From Acidimicrobiales bacterium (GTDB lineage Bacteria > Actinomycetota > Acidimicrobiia > Acidimicrobiales > Aldehydirespiratoraceae), in the NCBI GenBank assembly GCA_029263235.1, contig JAJCXW010000131.1:1-63726 (forward strand): a DNA stretch of 63,726 nucleotides, written 5' to 3'. Position 1 is the first letter of the stretch; each line of letters begins with the position of its first letter. Below the pieces are notes generated by a model. The model worked only from the letters and a program-made list of their open reading frames with translations. It was not told the DNA's origin and did no database searches. Positions 58,079 through 63,726 of the stretch are shown piece after piece. A program made the translations under genes and the position numbers.

Positions 58079-60862
58079 ATGGCAGCCCCGGTGCCAGCAC
58101 TGCCCTCGACCTACTCTGAGCTGGAGGACACGGTCGATGCCATGCATCGGCACACCTGGACGCGACACGCGCGGCATAACGGGCACGTGATAGCGCGCCT
58201 GGATCACCTGATACGCGCCAAGCTGCCCGAGGTGGCCAGAGAAGACGGCATCTCGGGACCTGGCGAGGTCGTGCTCAGTCGCGCAGAGCTGGACGCGGTG
58301 CTGCAGAAGCTTGGCGCCGAACTGGAGCGCAGCCTGGACAAGTGTCGGGCGGGTGCCCGCGCCCAGGCGGTGCTGGATGCACTTCAGCCGGACGCTGCTG
58401 CGACCGGCGGCGCCGGATGGCCCGTCCGGCGCCTGGAATCGCTGGTCGCTCGCCTGGCCAGAATTCGACAAGGGCCTGGTAGGCCTACCTCGCCCGCCTC
58501 GCCCACCTCGCCCACCCTGGCGGGCGTGCCAGCTGCCCGGCGCGCTTCTGTCGTCAGGGTGCAGGCGATGGGTCTGGCGGCCAACGGTCGCCGGCAGAGC
58601 GTGGTCACGGTCAGCGGGGCCGGCCTGGGCGGTGCACAGTTGGCCCCCATGGGCGAGCTGGACGGGCCGCGGCGGGTGGAGTATGTGAGCGGGCGGCGGA
58701 TGGAGCACGCCGGGCACCGGTACGTGTACAATGGCGACCTTGGCGCCGACGGGTTGCGCCATGGTCGCGGCACGCTGGCGACCGAGGACGACGACCCGGT
58801 GCCTCGCAGCTTCTCTGGCGAGTGGTGCAACGGGCAGCCGCACGGAATCGGCGTGCTTACCTGCGCGGTAAGCGCCCCCCGAGGGTGCCCAGCCAGTCTC
58901 GGCACCTACACGGGCGAAATCCGGCTAACCCCGGTGGGTCTGCTGCCGGACGGACTGGGGGTGTGGCGCAGCGACACGTCTGACGACTACCGAGCCGGCC
59001 GCTGGGCGGACGGCACCCTGTTACCAGGCCATGTCGAGTCTGCGCTGGGTGGCAGCGTGCGCTACGTGCCCACCGAGCCGACCACGAGCAGCGACGACAG
59101 AAGCGGAAGCACGGAGGAGGCAGACCAGCTGCCGGCCGGCGGAGGTGGCGTAGAGTGGCTGCTCTGGGCCGACGGGCACGCCCTGCGGATCTGTGCGCCG
59201 GGCGACTCAACGCTGCACCTCCCCGGCGGGCTGCAGCTGTCGGCCAGCACCTGGTGCCTGCACGAAAACGTGTGCCCTCCTCCGATGCGCCCTGCCGCCG
59301 CGGTGCCCTGTCGTGCCGCCTGGCCCGGACGGGGCTGCCCCGCGCCGAGTTGGCCGCTGGCAGAGGATCCGGCCGTTGGTGGGATTGGCGACTATGTGCA
59401 CCTTGGTCGCCCGGTGGAGCGGTGGGGCGCCCAGCTGACCGAGGGGAGCGCGGCCGTCTGCCTGCGGGCCGTTCATGGCCCCGGCGGAACCGCCTGTCGG
59501 CATCCGCTACGACTGCGCGTCGCCTGGCTAGTCTGTGATCTACAGGCGGCTGCCAGCGTGCTTGGACGTATCGGCGGGCAGCTGGTCGCCACGCTGAGCG
59601 ATCTCGTATTTCCGCTGTTTTCCCTCTTCTACGCCGAGGAGGATATCCAATTGTGCGCCCAGTACAGCCGCCTGGCCAGCACCAGTGCCGCCCTGCTGGG
59701 CATTCCCGGCACCCTCTGGGGCCCGTTGGCCGTGCCATCCCCGCCGTCGTTGCCAGCCAGGTCACCATCGTCGCCATCGTCTCCGTCGGCGGCGGCGGCG
59801 GCGGCGTGCGACACCGCCGACGCGGCGGCCGCACCCACCGGTCCGTCGGCGCCCAGGTCGCCGGCGCCGCGGCATCGGCGCCCGCAGTCGGCCGACTTTT
59901 CCACCCGGAGCATCCACCTGCTGGGCTCTCTACCTGCCGCGGGCGGCAGCGGGCGACGACGCAGGAATTCCTCCCTCGGCCGCCGTCCGCGCGCGGCGGC
60001 CGCCGCCGCCGCCGCCGTCGAGAGACCGGCGCGACCGGTGCCCACGTGGGCAACATGCGACCGGACACCGTGTGTTTGCTGCACCGTCGTGTCCCCGCCG
60101 GCCGTCTTTGGCACCCCCTACTGGGCGGCGGTGCAGCAGCTAAGGGCCACCTTTGCCGGAGAGGCAGCCGGGCCAGAGGCCCAGCTGGCGGGCATTGTCC
60201 GGGTCAGCGAGCTGGTGACGCAGGCCGTGCCAAGCAGCGTCCTGATCGGCGCAGACGACAAGATGCCGCTGCTGATCTACATCGTCCTGTGCGCCCGCCT
60301 GCCCCACCTTTGCAGCCGCCTGCGGCTGCTGCGGCGTTGCTGTCCTCCCGCCCTGCTGACCGACGTGCACGACTATCGGCTCCTCGAGCTTGAGGGGGCG
60401 GTTGCGCTGGCCCGGCAGCTGCGAGCCGACATGCGGGACGCCGACGGGTGTGTATGTGCGGTCGGTATCCCGGCCACGGTCATTGCCGGGCGTCTGCTCA
60501 ACCTTCCGGCGAGTAGTCGCCGCGTGCTTTCGGTCTGGCTTGCGGCCATCCTGCAGAAGCTCTGTGCCCAGCCGGCGGCTGACGGCACCGCCGCTGGCGG
60601 TGATTCCACGCCCGTGTGGGCCGTGCCGCACCACACGATGGCGGTGACGGAGCTGCGCGGTGCCGCAGAGTCGGTGCTTGGCCAGCTCGGTCTGCGCATT
60701 GGGGCGGCCGACCTGGCCCCGGTCGCCTGCCTGTGTGCCAATTCTGGACCAGGGCGTGTCGTGGGAGCAGTTGAGCTGCTCTATGTTGCACGGGCCCTCC
60801 CAGGCGACGCCTATGCGACAGCCATGGGCGCTCTGCATCTGCTGGGGCGCGAGGGAAATTGA
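58079..60862 (+). CDS. MORN-repeat + VPS9-domain protein (alsin-like putative Rab5-family GEF)
   Basis: MORN units YVYNGDLGADGLRHGRGTL, FSGEWCNGQPHGIGVL, YTGEI...DGLGVW, YRAGRWADGTL. The VPS9 signature GADDKMPLLIYIVLCARLPHLCSRLRLL is present. Start is trimmed to ATG 58079. Confidence 0.8.
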   Translation: MAAPVPALPSTYSELEDTVDAMHRHTWTRHARHNGHVIARLDHLIRAKLPEVAREDGISGPGEVVLSRAELDAVLQKLGAELERSLDKCRAGARAQAVLDALQPDAAATGGAGWPVRRLESLVARLARIRQGPGRPTSPASPTSPTLAGVPAARRASVVRVQAMGLAANGRRQSVVTVSGAGLGGAQLAPMGELDGPRRVEYVSGRRMEHAGHRYVYNGDLGADGLRHGRGTLATEDDDPVPRSFSGEWCNGQPHGIGVLTCAVSAPRGCPASLGTYTGEIRLTPVGLLPDGLGVWRSDTSDDYRAGRWADGTLLPGHVESALGGSVRYVPTEPTTSSDDRSGSTEEADQLPAGGGGVEWLLWADGHALRICAPGDSTLHLPGGLQLSASTWCLHENVCPPPMRPAAAVPCRAAWPGRGCPAPSWPLAEDPAVGGIGDYVHLGRPVERWGAQLTEGSAAVCLRAVHGPGGTACRHPLRLRVAWLVCDLQAAASVLGRIGGQLVATLSDLVFPLFSLFYAEEDIQLCAQYSRLASTSAALLGIPGTLWGPLAVPSPPSLPARSPSSPSSPSAAAAAACDTADAAAAPTGPSAPRSPAPRHRRPQSADFSTRSIHLLGSLPAAGGSGRRRRNSSLGRRPRAAAAAAAAVERPARPVPTWATCDRTPCVCCTVVSPPAVFGTPYWAAVQQLRATFAGEAAGPEAQLAGIVRVSELVTQAVPSSVLIGADDKMPLLIYIVLCARLPHLCSRLRLLRRCCPPALLTDVHDYRLLELEGAVALARQLRADMRDADGCVCAVGIPATVIAGRLLNLPASSRRVLSVWLAAILQKLCAQPAADGTAAGGDSTPVWAVPHHTMAVTELRGAAESVLGQLGLRIGAADLAPVACLCANSGPGRVVGAVELLYVARALPGDAYATAMGALHLLGREGN

Positions 60863-60937
60863 CACCTCTATATGGCCCGCGGGCCCGTGCATTCATTAGT
60901 GGTAGTTGCGGTAGAGGCGACTGCAGACGCCGCTGCA

Positions 60938-61396
60938 ATGTCCGCCGCCGCCGCTTCGCCCGACCCGGTACCGATCCGCTTTTCCGAGAGCGACGGCGAC
61001 CTGCGGCTTGAGCTTGTGCCGCTGGACGCGGCGACTGAGGACCAGTGTCCGGCCGACACCCTGCTGGTACACGTGCCCCGGGCCCACGTGCAGCAATGTG
61101 CCGAGACGCAGACAGTGGTCTGCAGCTTTCCTGCTGCGGCCGCCGACGGTGCCAGCTGGGCGCAGCCGGTGCGCGTGCGCGCAAGCGTGCGCAAGGCGGG
61201 GCAGGAGTACGCCGTCGAGTTTCTGCTCAACACGACGCGACACGAGCTCGACGCTCGCGAGGCGCTTGCTCGCGACGGGCACGAGGTGCGCCTGCTTGAC
61301 GGCGATGGGAGCGTCCGCTGGTTTGCGCCCTCTGCCGCGACGGGCACCGCCTCCATCCACCTGCCGGCCGCGCTGTGCTTCCCCGCCGAGGCGTAA
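60938..61396 (+). CDS. Hypothetical protein
   Basis: ATG 60938 (MSAAAASPDP...) is 73 nt downstream of the CCTCTATATGG box. Composition is beta-rich. No family recognised. Confidence 0.45.
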   Translation: MSAAAASPDPVPIRFSESDGDLRLELVPLDAATEDQCPADTLLVHVPRAHVQQCAETQTVVCSFPAAAADGASWAQPVRVRASVRKAGQEYAVEFLLNTTRHELDAREALARDGHEVRLLDGDGSVRWFAPSAATGTASIHLPAALCFPAEA

Positions 61397-61420
61397 ATCC
61401 ATGTCAATTGCATCGTTTAC
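61393..61420. terminator. GTAAA...TTTAC element formed by both stop codons at convergent junction 61396/61417
   Basis: In GCGTAAATCCATGTCAATTGCATCGTTTACAG, both TAA stops are embedded in the motif. Confidence 0.4.
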
Positions 61421-61992
61421 AGCGGCGGCGGCTGCTGCTGCTGCTGCTGCATGCGCTTCAGCTTTAGCTTCTTCCGCGCTGCGGCGGCTGCCTCTGCAGC
61501 TTTTGCGGCCGCTTCTACTGCCGCCGCGGCTGATTGTGCGCGAGGCGCGAGTGGGTGCGGTGTCTGCGTACACGCCTGGCAGATCAGCCCGAGTAGCTCG
61601 CTCGGCAGCCTGTGCAACGGTGCTCCCACCCGGGGGACTGGCGCGTCTGCGCGCACAAACGTGGGTATCGTCCGGCCCATCACCGTGCGCTTTTCCGGCA
61701 GCGCATCCTCTGCCCGGCGCGAGGCCGCGGCCAGCTTGTGCAGCAGGAAGATGTTTTCCCGACTTATCCGGGCGAATGCGTGGTGCTGCGACGGTCGCCA
61801 CTCGCGTTTCGTTGCTGCGACCGCCTCTGCGTCCGTCTGTGCCTGGCGGTCTGACCGGACATCGCGATCGTCGGCCCGCATCCAGGCGTGTTGCCGCCGG
61901 AGAATGCGCACGCGCAGGTCTGCCGTTTTGACAGCATGCTCCCGCCGTGCCTTGCGAAGTGCTCGCGACACCCCGCCGCTACTGCTAACCAT
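61417..61992 (-). CDS. Hypothetical protein with F-box-like LPSELLGLI motif and poly-Gln tail
   Basis: Trimmed to ATG 61992 (MVSSSGG...), ~60 nt downstream of CCATAAAAGAAGCC. The LHRLPSELLGLICQ motif is F-box-like but located C-terminally. Confidence 0.4.
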   Translation of the reverse strand: MVSSSGGVSRALRKARREHAVKTADLRVRILRRQHAWMRADDRDVRSDRQAQTDAEAVAATKREWRPSQHHAFARISRENIFLLHKLAAASRRAEDALPEKRTVMGRTIPTFVRADAPVPRVGAPLHRLPSELLGLICQACTQTPHPLAPRAQSAAAAVEAAAKAAEAAAAARKKLKLKRMQQQQQQPPPL

Positions 61993-62048
61993 GGCCGATT
62001 GGACGCCACCGTCGCCCCGGGCCTCGGTGCCTGTGCCGGTCGCGGCTT

Positions 62049-62137
62049 CTTTTATGGCTTCCACCCGGATGGTCTTCTGCCTGGTCCCGTGTTCTTCCGG
62101 CTTCCGGCGGCGGGTAGGGCGCCCGCAGCATAAAAGC
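62049..62137. promoter_or_regulatory. Back-to-back CATAAAAG boxes for divergent genes 61417-61992 and 62168-63679
   Basis: Minus-strand CCATAAAAGAAGCC is at 62049-62057 and plus-strand CATAAAAGC at 62129-62137. GGAAGAACACGGG and CATCCGG lie between them. Confidence 0.5.
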
Positions 62138-62167
62138 AACCATGGCCGCCCGATCGCCCACTGTGCC

Positions 62168-63679
62168 ATGGACGCTACTGCCGCCGCCGTTGCGGCCAGC
62201 TACGCTGCGCCCCGCTGCTGGGACGCGCTCCCGGTGGAGGTGCTTGGCTTTGTGCTTGTCGCGGGAGAGCTCACCTTTTCCGACCTCGTCCATCTGTTCA
62301 ACGTATGGCGCTGGGCGCGCCAGAAGGCGCGCAATTCGGAGATTGGCTCGCTGTACGCGCGCCTTCTCGACAAGCTGATGCAGCGCGTCGTCTGGCAGCG
62401 GGCCGCGGATCGCCTGTCCGAGACAGAACGCCGCTGGCACGGTGTCTATCTCGGGGCGGTGGCACTTCCTCATCCGATCGAATGTCGCTGGACGGGACTG
62501 ATGCTGTCCTGGCTCAAGGTGCCACCACTGCCGTACCACTGGGACATAAACGAGTCGCTGCTTCTCGCAATGCAACGTCTCTCGGCCGAACCCGCCGCCC
62601 AGGCAGCCAGGTGGCTGTTGGTGGGAGAAGGCACCAGCAGATTCGCTTGCCGCACCCGAGCGGCTTCAGTGTTGGCGATGAAGTGTGCCGTGGACCGAGG
62701 CCACTGCGAGGCCATGCGAGTCTTTCTCTATCACAACGAGAAGGGTGCGATGCCGTTTCTGCGTGGATACTTCCTTCGTACGTTTCTTCTGCCTGCCGTG
62801 TGGACGGGAAATGCCGGTATGGTCGAGGTGTTACTGACCAACCCCGAACGAGGCGACAGTGCTGACTTCATGGACGGGTCAGAGCGATTCGTACGCACAA
62901 CTGCATTGGCGGTCGCGGTGCGCCGTAACTTTCCCACCATTGTCCGCGTCTTGTTAACGCGGGGACCGCCGACGGCCTGTGCACGCCCGTCACAACAAGT
63001 CGAGGTGACAGGTGGCCAGGTACCAGCTTTCCGGTCTATTCCATTTATGGACGCCATCGCTCAGAATCGCCCGGAGCTTGTCCGGTTGATGATGACCGCT
63101 GGTCCGCCGAAAACACGCGCCCGGGCCGCATTCGACACATCTAGTGCGCTGCAGTTGGCCGTTTCCTACAATCACGTGGAGACTGCGCGGGTGCTGCTCA
63201 CCGAGGGGCCCATCGCAGCCCGTGCCAGGGCGACCGATCGGGGCATCCGCGGCGCGTTGGTGGCGGCTGCACGCTGCGGTCACGAGGAGATGGTGCGTCT
63301 CCTTTTGACCACCGGCCCGGAGGAGACGCGGGCTCGCGGAGATACCAGTAGCTCGCATGCCCTGCTCATGGCCAGCACGTACAACCACCCCGGCACTGCC
63401 AGGATTCTTCGCACCGAGGGCTGCCTGGAGACACGCGCCCGGGCCAACGCCGGGAAGTCACACGCACTCACCGTGGCGCTTAGCCGGGGCTATGTCGAGG
63501 TGATACGGGTCCTGCTTTGTGATGGGCCACCGGAAACACGTGCCCTGGCCACTGACATCTCCGACGAGCGGATCAGCGCGGCCCTACGCGCGGGACACCT
63601 CGCTGCCGTGCGGGCTCTCTGCTTTGAGGGACCCGTCGCGACACGGCACCGCTGGCTCGCAGACGATGTCGCGTCGTAA
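62168..63679 (+). CDS. F-box + ankyrin-repeat protein
   Basis: ATG 62168 is 39 nt downstream of CATAAAAGC. N-terminal F-box WDALPVEVLGFVLVAGELTFSDLVHLFNVWRWAR. At least six ankyrin-like units, e.g. ALQLAVSYNHVETARVLLTEGP and ALVAAARCGHEEMVRLLLTTGP. Confidence 0.7.
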   Translation: MDATAAAVAASYAAPRCWDALPVEVLGFVLVAGELTFSDLVHLFNVWRWARQKARNSEIGSLYARLLDKLMQRVVWQRAADRLSETERRWHGVYLGAVALPHPIECRWTGLMLSWLKVPPLPYHWDINESLLLAMQRLSAEPAAQAARWLLVGEGTSRFACRTRAASVLAMKCAVDRGHCEAMRVFLYHNEKGAMPFLRGYFLRTFLLPAVWTGNAGMVEVLLTNPERGDSADFMDGSERFVRTTALAVAVRRNFPTIVRVLLTRGPPTACARPSQQVEVTGGQVPAFRSIPFMDAIAQNRPELVRLMMTAGPPKTRARAAFDTSSALQLAVSYNHVETARVLLTEGPIAARARATDRGIRGALVAAARCGHEEMVRLLLTTGPEETRARGDTSSSHALLMASTYNHPGTARILRTEGCLETRARANAGKSHALTVALSRGYVEVIRVLLCDGPPETRALATDISDERISAALRAGHLAAVRALCFEGPVATRHRWLADDVAS

Positions 63680-63726
63680 ACCTTTATTCCTCCCTCCACT
63701 TCCCCCCACCCCTCCTCCTTCCCCCC

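Noticed and set aside
60860-60940. Readthrough from the MORN/VPS9 gene into ORF 60872-61396, which is in the same frame and only 9 nt past the TGA.
   Set aside because: Sharing a frame happens by chance one time in three. A CCTCTATATGG promoter-like box sits at the junction, and the downstream protein has its own ATG (60938) at the usual spacing.
62142-62169. ATG 62169 (minus) and ATG 62142 (plus) as gene starts, including the CCATGG that is shared as a start by opposite ORFs.
   Set aside because: Both fall at or between the two back-to-back CATAAAAG boxes (62049-57 and 62129-37). They would therefore lie upstream of the likely transcription starts. The ATGs at 61992 (minus) and 62168 (plus) have the usual box-to-ATG spacing.

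Overview
This is a 63.7-kb, roughly 65% GC, very gene-dense segment. I call about 39 protein genes on both strands, around 1.5 kb per gene, separated by short AT-richer spacers. I saw no rRNA, tRNA, CRISPR array or transposon.

The gene content includes eukaryote-like RNA polymerase II subunits RPB1 and RPB2, a deoxynucleoside kinase, ubiquitin, Skp1, F-box/ankyrin, MORN+VPS9, RING, MYND and collagen-like proteins, an M13 peptidase, a heme peroxidase and many ORFans. Together with the composition, this points to a Pandoravirus/Mollivirus-type giant amoeba virus rather than a bacterium or a cellular genome. That assignment is an inference from remembered family signatures; no search was run.

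High GC puts long spurious ORFs in all six frames, and the ORF track opens many ORFs at GTG/TTG. I therefore trimmed calls to the first in-frame ATG lying downstream of an AT-rich promoter-like box.

The items most worth a second look are:
- An HSF-type DNA-binding protein, together with perfect dimeric heat-shock-element-like palindromes (GGAACATTCC) that recur in promoter spacers.
- A recurrent two-part promoter architecture: a GGAACA element plus a CATAAAAG/CATATAACC/CCACTTAAG-type core box.
- A GTAAA 3'-end motif that forms GTAAAC...GTTTAC palindromes at convergent gene junctions.
- An in-frame TAG inside a C2H2 zinc finger.
- A non-canonical CTD-like heptad array on RPB1.
- Insertions in RPB2.
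- An SCF/ubiquitin toolkit.

Motif coordinates were hand counted and may be off by 1-2 nt. All functional calls rest on motif recognition, not on database searches.
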